Assembly (NCBI GenBank): GCA_963773065.1
Contig: CAVYZN010000019.1
Location: forward strand, 1 to 64,000
Length of the DNA: 64,000 nt
Reading direction: 5' to 3'
DNA from: an uncultured Gammaproteobacteria bacterium
Lineage (GTDB): Bacteria; Pseudomonadota; Gammaproteobacteria; UBA9214
Each line of letters begins with the position of its first letter. Positions within the stretch are counted from its first letter, which is position 1. The notes beneath the pieces were generated by a model. It saw nothing but the letters and a program-made list of their open reading frames with translations. It searched no databases and had not been told where the DNA came from. Made by a program: the position numbers and the translations under genes. Shown here piece by piece: positions 54,590 through 63,553 of the stretch.

Positions 54590-57500
54590 CTAATCACTAT
54601 CCCGCTGCCCCGCCGCGCCCGTGGATTCCGGCCCGGACCTGCCCGGCGGTTGGAAATGGACCGCATGCCACAGGCCGTGGGTGGTGAAACAGGTCCAGCC
54701 CCATTTCAGCCAGCGCAGCAGGGAGAGCGCCAGCCAGAGCGCCCAGGCGAGCATCAGGAAACGATAGAACAGGATCGGCACCGATACGATCCAGGCTTGC
54801 GGCAGGATCTCTCCGGCGCGGTCCTGGTACCAGTTCAGCGCATAGGCCGTCGACTCATTGCCCGCGACCTGCATCTCCGGCAGACCGAGCAGCCCCGTCT
54901 CGACGGCCGAATACAGCATCACCAGGGCAACCAGGGTCAACAGGCCAAGCCCGATCTGGGCGAGATTGAAAACTCTGGTGTCGCGCTCCGGTTCCAGCCT
55001 CGCCCGCAGTCCAAGCGCCAGCAGCCAGCCCACCACGATCAGGCCGACCTGGATGGGGGACTGGCTGAGACCGATGCCGAGCAGAAACCAATGCCGCATT
55101 CTAAGCGGCGTCAGGCCGGTGCGCGCCAGCCCGAAGGACACCAGCACGATGATCGCGATGACGGACCAGTACAAAACCGCCGGCCCCAGTCGCGGGCCAC
55201 CGGCCCACAGCAGCCAGCGGTTCTCCCCCAGCGTAAGCGTGATCGAACTGTTGACGCTGGGCGCACCCAGGTCCGCCGCGGGTGTCCTGAAGTAGTTATT
55301 GATACCCGCCGGTTCGCGCCATTGCAGCGCCACGTGCTGCGTACCCGGGGAAACCGGCAGGGTTACGGCGCGCCCCTCCTGGCGGATCGGCTGGGCCCGA
55401 TCGTCGATGGTCACCGCCTGGAGCTGTGCTCCTTCCGGGAGTCGCAGCGTGTGCTGTCCTCCCTGGCTGCTGCGCAGGGTGAAACCGAGATCGACGTCGG
55501 TGGAGCGCATACCGGGGCTGACCTCGATCCGGCTGGCATCGATGGTCAGGGTCGGGCCTTCTCTCGCCTCGGGCCGCGTGATGGCAAGCCGTATCTCCTC
55601 CCACGGCCAGGGCCGCCATTGCGGCAACCAGGTGCTGTCGCGGTCCTGGTGGTGCGTCACGGCGATCCCGGAGGTGACGACATGCCAGACGGGGCTGATC
55701 TCCGCCTGCCACACCTCGCTCCAGGACAGGGTGTCCGGCGCGCGCAGGGTCAGCACCGGGCGCTTGTCGAGCCTTGAACTCCACCAGAAGACCTGTTGGC
55801 CGGCGGGCAGACTCACCTGCACCTGGCCGTCGTTCACGCGCACGCCTTCGCTGATCACCGCCTCGCCGTCGAGCAGCGGCACTTCCAGCACGATGGCGTT
55901 GTCGGCCGGCGACAGGCGCACGACGCGCGTCTCCACGCTCCAGTCCAGTCCGAGGTGCAGGGTGCGCTCGACCCGGACAAACGGCGGCAGCGTGCCCGGC
56001 TCCAGTGCGGACAATTCCCCGGCGCCTGCGCCGCTCACCCGTGTGAATTGCAGCGGCCCATCCGCGATGCCACCCTCGTTCAGACCGGCAATGGCCCAAC
56101 CTTCTGATTCGATCTCAATCCGGTGCGGTCTCAGCGGCAGCGGCAACTGAAAGGTATCGCGCGGCGGCACGGGACCCGCCAGCGTGAGCTGGTGGCGGCC
56201 GCGCGGCAGTTCGATCCACAACTCGCCCGCGGGTGTGCGGAACAGGGCGGCTGCCGGCGCACCGTCCACCGCCACCTGCGCCGGAAGCCACTGCCGTGTA
56301 TCGGCCGGCAAAACCACCGCGGTATCCTCCAGGGCATGTATCTCGATGCGGGCCTGCAGCGACTTCTCGTTCAACACGATCCGCATGAGTGGAATCTGGG
56401 CGCAGGCGGGCAGGCATCGGGGGGGTTCCAGCAGGCGCGTCTTAAGCTCCTGCAGCAAACCGGTGTCCGGGTAATCAGCCTTGCCGTCGGGCGGCGCGAG
56501 CAGCAACAGGGGCGCAAGGAGCAGTGCACTCGCCACGGCCCCGGTCCGGGACGGCCAGTCGAATCCATGGCCCGGTTTCCAAGACAGCAGGCGTAACGCC
56601 AACGCACTCACCAGCAACACCCGCAGCAGGTTAAGCGCGAGGTTGACCGGGGGTGAGAGCAGCGTGAGATTGAGGGTCTGTCCCCGCTCCACCGGCCCGT
56701 TCCAGCTCAGGCCGACGTACGTCCAGCGCCAGTCCGGCAGGCCCGGCCCGGTCTGTATCCTGGCCTTCGGGTCGATGCTCTCGAATACCGATTTGGCGTT
56801 CGACTTAACCTCCGACACGGCCGCCTCCCCCGACTCGGTCGCCATCTCCTTGCGCAGGACGGGTTCATTCCTGCCGGACGACGCAGGCGCCAGGGACTGC
56901 GCGGGCATCGCCTGATCGTAAACGGCCATCGGGCCGCCGGGGCTCTCCAACTGGGGGTAGATGCCGGTACGGACTTCATCAACCAGGAACGGCACCGCGA
57001 TCACGGCGAGGGCCAGCAGGCCGAGATTGCGGTACCACATTACGGCGGCGCGGAAGCGGTTGGGTGGCAGAACCCGCAGCAGCGCGATGGCCGCCAGAAT
57101 GTTGAGCCACACGAAGCGCGGCGCAGCCGGTTCGTGCCAGATGAGCGCCAGTGTCAGCAGCGCCAGCAATCCCCAGGGCCAGCCCCACAGACGCATCACG
57201 GCCAGGGCCCCCATCAACACCAGGAACAGATCCAGCAGGGTCCAACGCTGCAGCCATGTCGTGGTGACCTGATCGACGCCGGTCGCCGCCAGCAGTTTCC
57301 AGCCGGGCGGCAGGTTCAGCGTGGCGCTCACCTGCTGGAAATCGTGGTCCCAGCCCGCGACCGGCAGCGTGCCGGTCGCGCCGTCATAACGACTGTCCGC
57401 GCTGAGGCGGATGGCGCCGCGGCGCACTTCGACGCCGGCCTCATTCGAGTCGGGCAGGGTCGTGATCAGTTGCGGCATGCCGTCGATGACGACCTGGCCG

Positions 57501-58669
57501 AGTTGGATGCCAGGCTCGGCCTCCAGGCGCCAGGCGCTCGTCATGCTGCCGGAAATCTCGTCCCGCAGCGTGTAGCCCTTGCCGTCGAAATCGAGCCACA
57601 GGGTGCGGCCAAGTACCAGCCGATCCGGCTCGGGCTCGGGATCGCCGCGCCGGATCACCTTGAAGCGCAGGGTATCATCCGGCAGGACGCGATAGGCCGG
57701 AAGGTTCCGCCAGTCCGTCGGCAAACGCGTCTGGCTGGGATCGACGGCCGCCAACCCTTCCAGCTCCACGAGGCGCAGGCTGTTGTTCGCCTCGAAGACC
57801 CACACCTCTTCTCCGGGCCACGGGGCGCCCTCGGCCGTGCGGGACAGTTCCGTGACATAGCCACTGGCGCGGGCGGCCACCTCCACCGTCCAGCGGCCCG
57901 GGCGCACCTGCACACGCAGCCGTCCGTCCGGTTCGAGTCGCGCCGGAATCTGGCTGGTGATGCGCAGCGGCAGAAAGCCTTCCAGCAGCGTCTTGCCGAG
58001 GATCACCTCACGCTGCACGCCCGAAACATCCATGTCGATGCGGGTCAGCACCTGCAGCGGGTTGTCATCGACGATGCGGCGAAAGACCTGGAGTTCGAGG
58101 CGGTCCCCGTCCTGTGTCTGATCACCGGCCTGCCGTCCGCGCAGCCACAAGCGGCCATCCCCCTCCAGTTCGGGAAACGCCACCTCCGCCCCGTCGACGC
58201 TCAGCGCGAGCAGTCCCGAAGCCGGCGGTATCTGCAGCGTTTCCGGCAACCGCTCCCACAGGAACTGACCCTCCACGCGGTAGCCGCCCGCCGGCAACCG
58301 GAGGGCGGGCCTACCCTCGTCAAGGCTCACCAATCCGGGTTCGCCATTGACCGTCACCGTCTGCGGCCAGTGTTCGGCATCGCCGGGAAGCTGGAGCCAG
58401 GATTCGGCATAGAGCTGCCACTGCTGCGTGAATCGCCCGCCCGTGTCGTCCAGTTTCAATTCCAGGCGGGCCGGCCAGGCGCAATGGCGCTGCGGCGCAT
58501 TGTAGAGAAAGGGACACTGCGCCTGCGGCGTATCGTGCAATACCCAGTCCACCCATGGCCGCAGCGGCTCCGGGACCTGAACCGCCGGGACCTGAACCGC
58601 GGCGCCTGCACGAACGGACTGGAAAGGAATGCAGAGCAGAACCAGCGGAATGAGCCATCGGTGTCGCAT
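54590..58669 (-). CDS. Large (~1360 aa) uncharacterised membrane protein with internal duplication
   Basis: Signal peptide MRHRWLIPLV, VPEPLRPWVDWV, two beta-rich extracytoplasmic halves each followed by a TM cluster. Confidence 0.85.
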   Translation of the reverse strand: MRHRWLIPLVLLCIPFQSVRAGAAVQVPAVQVPEPLRPWVDWVLHDTPQAQCPFLYNAPQRHCAWPARLELKLDDTGGRFTQQWQLYAESWLQLPGDAEHWPQTVTVNGEPGLVSLDEGRPALRLPAGGYRVEGQFLWERLPETLQIPPASGLLALSVDGAEVAFPELEGDGRLWLRGRQAGDQTQDGDRLELQVFRRIVDDNPLQVLTRIDMDVSGVQREVILGKTLLEGFLPLRITSQIPARLEPDGRLRVQVRPGRWTVEVAARASGYVTELSRTAEGAPWPGEEVWVFEANNSLRLVELEGLAAVDPSQTRLPTDWRNLPAYRVLPDDTLRFKVIRRGDPEPEPDRLVLGRTLWLDFDGKGYTLRDEISGSMTSAWRLEAEPGIQLGQVVIDGMPQLITTLPDSNEAGVEVRRGAIRLSADSRYDGATGTLPVAGWDHDFQQVSATLNLPPGWKLLAATGVDQVTTTWLQRWTLLDLFLVLMGALAVMRLWGWPWGLLALLTLALIWHEPAAPRFVWLNILAAIALLRVLPPNRFRAAVMWYRNLGLLALAVIAVPFLVDEVRTGIYPQLESPGGPMAVYDQAMPAQSLAPASSGRNEPVLRKEMATESGEAAVSEVKSNAKSVFESIDPKARIQTGPGLPDWRWTYVGLSWNGPVERGQTLNLTLLSPPVNLALNLLRVLLVSALALRLLSWKPGHGFDWPSRTGAVASALLLAPLLLLAPPDGKADYPDTGLLQELKTRLLEPPRCLPACAQIPLMRIVLNEKSLQARIEIHALEDTAVVLPADTRQWLPAQVAVDGAPAAALFRTPAGELWIELPRGRHQLTLAGPVPPRDTFQLPLPLRPHRIEIESEGWAIAGLNEGGIADGPLQFTRVSGAGAGELSALEPGTLPPFVRVERTLHLGLDWSVETRVVRLSPADNAIVLEVPLLDGEAVISEGVRVNDGQVQVSLPAGQQVFWWSSRLDKRPVLTLRAPDTLSWSEVWQAEISPVWHVVTSGIAVTHHQDRDSTWLPQWRPWPWEEIRLAITRPEAREGPTLTIDASRIEVSPGMRSTDVDLGFTLRSSQGGQHTLRLPEGAQLQAVTIDDRAQPIRQEGRAVTLPVSPGTQHVALQWREPAGINNYFRTPAADLGAPSVNSSITLTLGENRWLLWAGGPRLGPAVLYWSVIAIIVLVSFGLARTGLTPLRMRHWFLLGIGLSQSPIQVGLIVVGWLLALGLRARLEPERDTRVFNLAQIGLGLLTLVALVMLYSAVETGLLGLPEMQVAGNESTAYALNWYQDRAGEILPQAWIVSVPILFYRFLMLAWALWLALSLLRWLKWGWTCFTTHGLWHAVHFQPPGRSGPESTGAAGQRDSD

Positions 58670-58974
58670 GCGGAGCCTCGCCTCAAGGATGAAGGGACGG
58701 AAATGTCGGTGCCGCCTGCCGGGGACGCACAGCGAACCCGGGCAGAGCGGGAATCTACCGGATATTCGTCCGGGTGGCCAATCCTGTCTGAGCGGCATCA
58801 GGAAATATATTTCGCGCACGACGGCGGGAGGGACGGTGACGACACCGGCGGCGGGGACCAGGCGACCACCCTCACCAATAAGGTCAGGTGATTGACAGAC
58901 AGTGCAGAGCAAGGAATCCGGCAGGAACCGGCCGCGCGGAGATCATGGGCAGCGGCGGTGCTTCCTTGCAAAAT

Positions 58975-59002
58975 TTGAAAATCCCTCTGGGCAATATACT
59001 AT
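58975..59002 (+). promoter_or_regulatory. Candidate sigma70 promoter reading toward the cassette site (Pc-like)
   Basis: TTGAAA-16 bp-TACTAT in an AT-rich tract. Confidence 0.4.
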
Positions 59003-59098
59003 GAACCCGACTTCATGAATCATGGGCAAGAAGAATTTCGGAAATACCCAAATGGAAAAATCCACTTTTTACTATTGGGCAAGCTATTTGTACGTTAG

Positions 59099-60720
59099 TC
59101 TCTTATGACTTTACTGTTGACAGAAATGGCGAAGAGTTTGTTACTTTGCAGTGGCCAAAGCGGGAACGATACTGAATTCCGTGAGCGAGCAGGCGGCGGC
59201 GATGGCGGCGCGCCCCAAGCGCGTGAGGTAGTAACGATAAGTTCCGGTGACCCGTTTGATCACGCCGAGGGCAAGCAGCCGTTTCAGCTCTCGCGAGAGC
59301 GCAGCCGCCGAGGCGTGGGGCAGCAAAGCCATCAGATCGGCGCGCCGCAGACCGTGGATATTGAACTGCGGACGTTGCAGTGCCCGCAGCAGTTGCTGCT
59401 CGGTGCGCTTGAAGAAGTTCAGGCCCTTGATCGGCCGGTCGCTCTCGCACCGCTCGTCGGTCAGACGCGAGAGCGCGCGCTGTCCGGCGCTGTGATCGTC
59501 CAGCGCGGACAGATACTCCAGGTAGCGGCGATTGCATCCCAGGAGGATCTGGCGCAGATCGATCAGGCTGTAGATGGATTTCTTCAGCGGCGCCAGTTGC
59601 CGCGTGCTGGGTCTATCTCGATGTTCCACCTTGCGGTGGTGCTTGAAGAAGGAGACGTCGTTGACGGTGGTTTCGATGCGCAGCACACGGGCGTATTTGT
59701 CGTACATCTTCACCTGAACCTTGCCCAGGCGATGTTTGATGCAGGTCCCTTCGATGCGGGTGGCAAAGCGGTTGCCGATCTCCTGCGCCAGCGGCGGGGT
59801 GATCTTCTTGCCGAGAAAGGTGGCAATCTGTTCGGCCTTCACCCCCAGCACCGCCTGGCGGGAGAGCTGTTCATACAGGGGCGCCAGCATCTCTTGGGAG
59901 CGGAACACCAGATCGGTAGCGTACTCCACCTGCAGCAGGCTCCAGTGATAGCCTTGCCCGAAGCTCTTGTGCACCGGGCAGCACTGGCGCGCGTAACGAT
60001 CCAGGATGCGGTGCAGTTGCTCGGGCTTGAAGCCATCGGCCAACTGTTGCGCGCGCGCGAAGTCATCCAGGCGCACAAAGGCATTGTCCACCTGGGTAAA
60101 GCCGATGCGCCGGGTTTTAAGCTTCTGCGCCAGCCAACCATGGCCGTTGCAATAGAACTGCAATTTGAACGGGCACCAAGTCGGCACCCGCAGGTAACAC
60201 AGGCCGACGAGCGGGTCGATGAAGTAAAAATAGTAGTGCAGGCATTTGCCCGTATCGGGCTTGAGGTAGGTCTTGCCGCTCGCCTTGTCATGCCAGGGCT
60301 TGTAGCTTTGACAGGCTTCCATCGCCGAAATGATGTGCACCAGACCCGGATGATCGCCGCGCCGCTCAAGCACCTTGGCGACCACATCTTCCTTGCGGAT
60401 GTGGGCTTTGGCGATATGCTCGATCTCGATCCCCGCCGACTGCGCCAGCTCCTGCGCGCGCTCGCGGAGCGCCTCGCGCAAGGGCTCGGCAAACCGGGGA
60501 TAGTCGAAAATCCGAATGCCCCTCGCGTACAAAAACGCCGTCATGCCCTGCGCATAGCAGGCCCCCGGCAACGTGCCCGTCATCACGATGCGGTCGTAAC
60601 AGGAGAGCACCCCATGCAACCGATCTGCGTACCGTTCCACCAACGCCTGTGTCATCGTCGCCACCACCGCTTAGCCCGTGCGTACAATACCTCTTCCTGT
60701 TTGGTTCCGGCTATGCCGGC
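59099..60720 (-). mobile_element. IS-like element without terminal IRs, flanked by TTAG and inserted in a GTTAGGC integron core site
   Basis: TTAG at 59095-59098 and 60721-60724; removal restores tacGTTAGGCgtc; subterminal hairpin CCGGC-TAT-GCCGG at 60707-60719. Confidence 0.8.
59141..60667 (-). CDS. Putative transposase of an unclassified family (Rep_trans-like motif, C-terminal HTH)
   Basis: Fills the element; CLHYYFY, QVEYATD, KMYDK-x4-LRIETTVND, C-terminal winged-helix-like ALSRELKRLLALGVIKRV. Confidence 0.75.
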   Translation of the reverse strand: MVATMTQALVERYADRLHGVLSCYDRIVMTGTLPGACYAQGMTAFLYARGIRIFDYPRFAEPLREALRERAQELAQSAGIEIEHIAKAHIRKEDVVAKVLERRGDHPGLVHIISAMEACQSYKPWHDKASGKTYLKPDTGKCLHYYFYFIDPLVGLCYLRVPTWCPFKLQFYCNGHGWLAQKLKTRRIGFTQVDNAFVRLDDFARAQQLADGFKPEQLHRILDRYARQCCPVHKSFGQGYHWSLLQVEYATDLVFRSQEMLAPLYEQLSRQAVLGVKAEQIATFLGKKITPPLAQEIGNRFATRIEGTCIKHRLGKVQVKMYDKYARVLRIETTVNDVSFFKHHRKVEHRDRPSTRQLAPLKKSIYSLIDLRQILLGCNRRYLEYLSALDDHSAGQRALSRLTDERCESDRPIKGLNFFKRTEQQLLRALQRPQFNIHGLRRADLMALLPHASAAALSRELKRLLALGVIKRVTGTYRYYLTRLGRAAIAAACSLTEFSIVPALATAK

Positions 60721-60732
60721 TTAGGCGTCTCC

Positions 60733-61306
60733 ATGTCGGCACATAGTCCCGAAGTCGCAAAGAAGTTCTGCCAACTTTGCGATTGGCTTCTTCAGGTCTG
60801 GCAGATGCGGAAGTTCCTGTTCGACGAGAACACCGACGTGGCCGTTCTCAGAAAGCCGAGACATGCGCACTTCTTCTTTCGATTGCAAGAAGTCCTGCAA
60901 GAGAACTGGTTGCATCAGTTGGCCAAGCTTCACGACCCTGCCGTACAAGGTGGCCCGAAGGGGCATATCAATCTCTCCGTTGAGTACATGATTGAATACG
61001 GCCAGTGGGACACTTCGATCAAAGCCGAGTTGCTTTCATTGCAGACGGAGATGCTTCGTCTGGCAAAGCCCATTAAGTACGCACGCAACAAGGTCCTTTC
61101 GCACAACGATCTTGCTATCTTGCTGGCCGATCAAGAACTAGGTGCGTTTGATCCCGGAGAAGACGAGAATCTACTTCGAGGCACTTCGCTCTTTTGCTTC
61201 GGTTGTGTCGGAGCGGGTTCTTGGTGAACCATTCACGTACGATGATCTGGTAGCGAACGATGTCGCCATGTTCATGCACGATTTTCTTCGTGGCGCCGAC
61301 GCCTAA
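60733..61306 (+). CDS. HEPN domain protein, AbiU2-like, in a gene cassette (frameshift near 61170)
   Basis: LAKLHDP, RNKVLSH (Rx5H); bounded by complementary TTAGGCGTC (60721) and GACGCCTAA (61298-61306); lower GC. Confidence 0.75.
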
Positions 61307-61903
61307 TCGGATAGCCGGGGGGTTCTCCCCCCCGGCCTCCACAACACCCCGCATGCGGGTCCGCACGGGGCGTTTCCTTCAGAGTGAAAAGGACCGCCAT
61401 TGACTGGCGACCATCAACGCTGGCTACGTGGCGAACCGCCAACGCCGTTTCACCCGCTCGGGTGTCCTACGGCCGTTGAGGCTCGCACGGCTCGCTCGTT
61501 GCCGAAGGTTCAGGCCTTCACCGTGTCCCACCCATTACGGTGGGCGTTTGGCTACTATGCCGTCTGCTGACTTCTGTCCCGTCACACCAAGCGTTACCGC
61601 AGGGCGCGCTGCTCGAGTCACGGTAGGGTTCGATGGTAATTCCAGTCCTTTCGGACTGGCCCTCAGTTCGACTCCCGTAGCGGCACGAGCCGCACGCGGG
61701 ACAAATCTCCCCGGATAAGAACATGAACTTTCCGTGCACAACCGCCGCATTTACCCTATCCCCTGCACCTGACGGGTTTCGTCATCTTGTGCTGACTCAC
61801 CCGGGGACTGAGCCTTCTATCTATGCGGTTTCTGTTCGTCGGCTCGCACCTTTGCGCTCGGGCTTCCTTCAGACATCCCCTCGCGGGTTTGCCCTTGCCG
61901 TTC
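61306..61903 (-). ncRNA. Group IIC intron, ORF-less and 5'-truncated, inserted in attC
   Basis: Short domain V GAAACGCCCCGTGCGGACCCGCATGCGGGGTGT with CGC triad, domain VI ending CTATCCGAT, AGAAGTCAGCAGACGGCATAGTAG and GAAGGCCTGAAC motifs; domain IV only ~140 nt. Confidence 0.88.
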
Positions 61904-62386
61904 CGAATACGGCGGATGCGGATGACGACAACGACGGGCTCTCAGACAGCCTGGAGGCCTCCCTCGGGACCAATCCCCTGCGTGCGGATACCGACGGCGA
62001 CGGTCTGACGGACTATGACGAAGTCGCCTGGGGCGGCAATGCTTCAATCTACACTCCGGGTGTGCATCCTCAACCCGCTGGCCGCCGACACGGACACCGA
62101 CGGCTTCAGGGACGGCATGGAGTTCGCGGCGGGCTACAATCCGTTGAGCGCCGCGAGCTTCCCGGTATGGGGCGACATCAACGACGACCGGGTCGTCGAC
62201 ACGGCCGATGTGCTGCTCGCTACGCGTGCCGTCCTCGGGCTGGTGACGCTGACCGGCGCCGAACTGGCGCGCGGCAACGTCGCGCCGCTCGTCAACGGAA
62301 CGCCCCACCCGCCTGCCGTCGATGCCTTCGATCTCGCCGATCTCCTGCTGATCGAGCGCAAGGCGCTGGGTGAGGTTGCCTACTGA
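61904..62386 (+). pseudogene. C-terminal fragment of a secreted protein with Ca-binding DxDxDG repeats and a dockerin-like domain
   Basis: DADDDNDGLSD, GTNPLRADTDGDGLTD, GDINDDRVVDTADVLL, DLADLLLIERKALG; no start codon, abuts the intron. Confidence 0.7.
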
Positions 62387-62659
62387 TTGCCCGGGAACAA
62401 TTTGCCGGACGAACAATAGCGGTTGTTCAACCTAAAAAACTCAACGCAAAGAACGCATGAACTCTGGGTTATGCGCGCCATGCCCGAATAACCAAGCAGT
62501 CAGGAAAAGCTAATTTTTTGTCGATTAACTTTACGTTATCGGCTATGGCTTTACATGAATAGGTAATCCCAAGCTATTGTTTGATAACAATCCGGCTTTC
62601 GCGGCGCGGTTCTTGCATTTCTTTAATCTTTGTAAGACTTCTGTTAGGAGAACACGCTT

Positions 62660-62932
62660 ATGATCCGCTGCCCTCACTGTGAGAAACCCGGTATTACTCC
62701 GCTGCGCAAGGCGATATTGAGCCCCGGAATTTCCGCCGCTTGCAAGGTCTGTGGAAAGCTCTCCGGCGTAAGCTACCCCGCTTGGCTGACTGCCATGCTG
62801 CCCGGGTCGGTGCTGATGATCGCGGCCCTCTATGTCAATTCGTCACGCATCGAGTGGACCCTCAATACCGTGGGCTTCGTCCTGATGATCGTGATTCCGC
62901 TACTGTTTACCCCGTTGCACAAAGAACGTTAA
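62660..62932 (+). CDS. Small Zn-ribbon membrane protein
   Basis: CPHC...CKVC then two TMs; AGGAG RBS. Confidence 0.7.
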   Translation: MIRCPHCEKPGITPLRKAILSPGISAACKVCGKLSGVSYPAWLTAMLPGSVLMIAALYVNSSRIEWTLNTVGFVLMIVIPLLFTPLHKER

Positions 62933-62965
62933 GAATTGGCTTGCGGCAACAGGTAGCATCCTCCG

Positions 62966-63151
62966 TCAAAGCGTCTTTGTCTTCATGGCCCCGCAGCGAC
63001 TGCAGCGGTATACGGTCACCAGGCGCCCCCGCCTGACGTCGAACTGCTTGTCGCAGAAGACGGCCCACCGATGAAAACCCTCCCGGCAAAGGCTCTTGCC
63101 CTGCGCCTTCTCCGACGGTTTCGGTTTCCTGAACCGGACTACCTCACCCAT
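62966..63151 (-). CDS. Small Cys/His-rich hypothetical protein
   Basis: MGEVVRF...LCREGFHRW...FDVRRGRLVTVYRCSRCG. Confidence 0.7.
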   Translation of the reverse strand: MGEVVRFRKPKPSEKAQGKSLCREGFHRWAVFCDKQFDVRRGRLVTVYRCSRCGAMKTKTL

Positions 63152-63553
63152 GTACACCACCCCGCATCATGGAAACCCGCTCCAGCGCCGTCCCTGACGG
63201 TTCATGAGCCACCCGGGATGAAGACCGGTTGGATGGCAGAAACCGCAGAGGACGGTCAATCCATGCGTCATACGGAAACACCGGCGCACCCGGTTATCCG
63301 GTAGGAAACCGATGGCTGTTTAATCTCAGTATATACCGGGTATGATGCGCCGCCCCGCGAGCGTAGCCTCGTCATCATACTTGTCCTTCATTTTGCGTTT
63401 TCTAGCCATCGATACGCCTCTTCATGGAACCAGTGAGTTTACGGCGGGATGCGCAGCGAATGTCTGCACCGATGATCTCCCGACGGCGGCACGAGCATAC
63501 CAGACCGTTGCATCAACTGAAGACAACCGTGCGCCTGGCCGCGGTGGAGGCGG

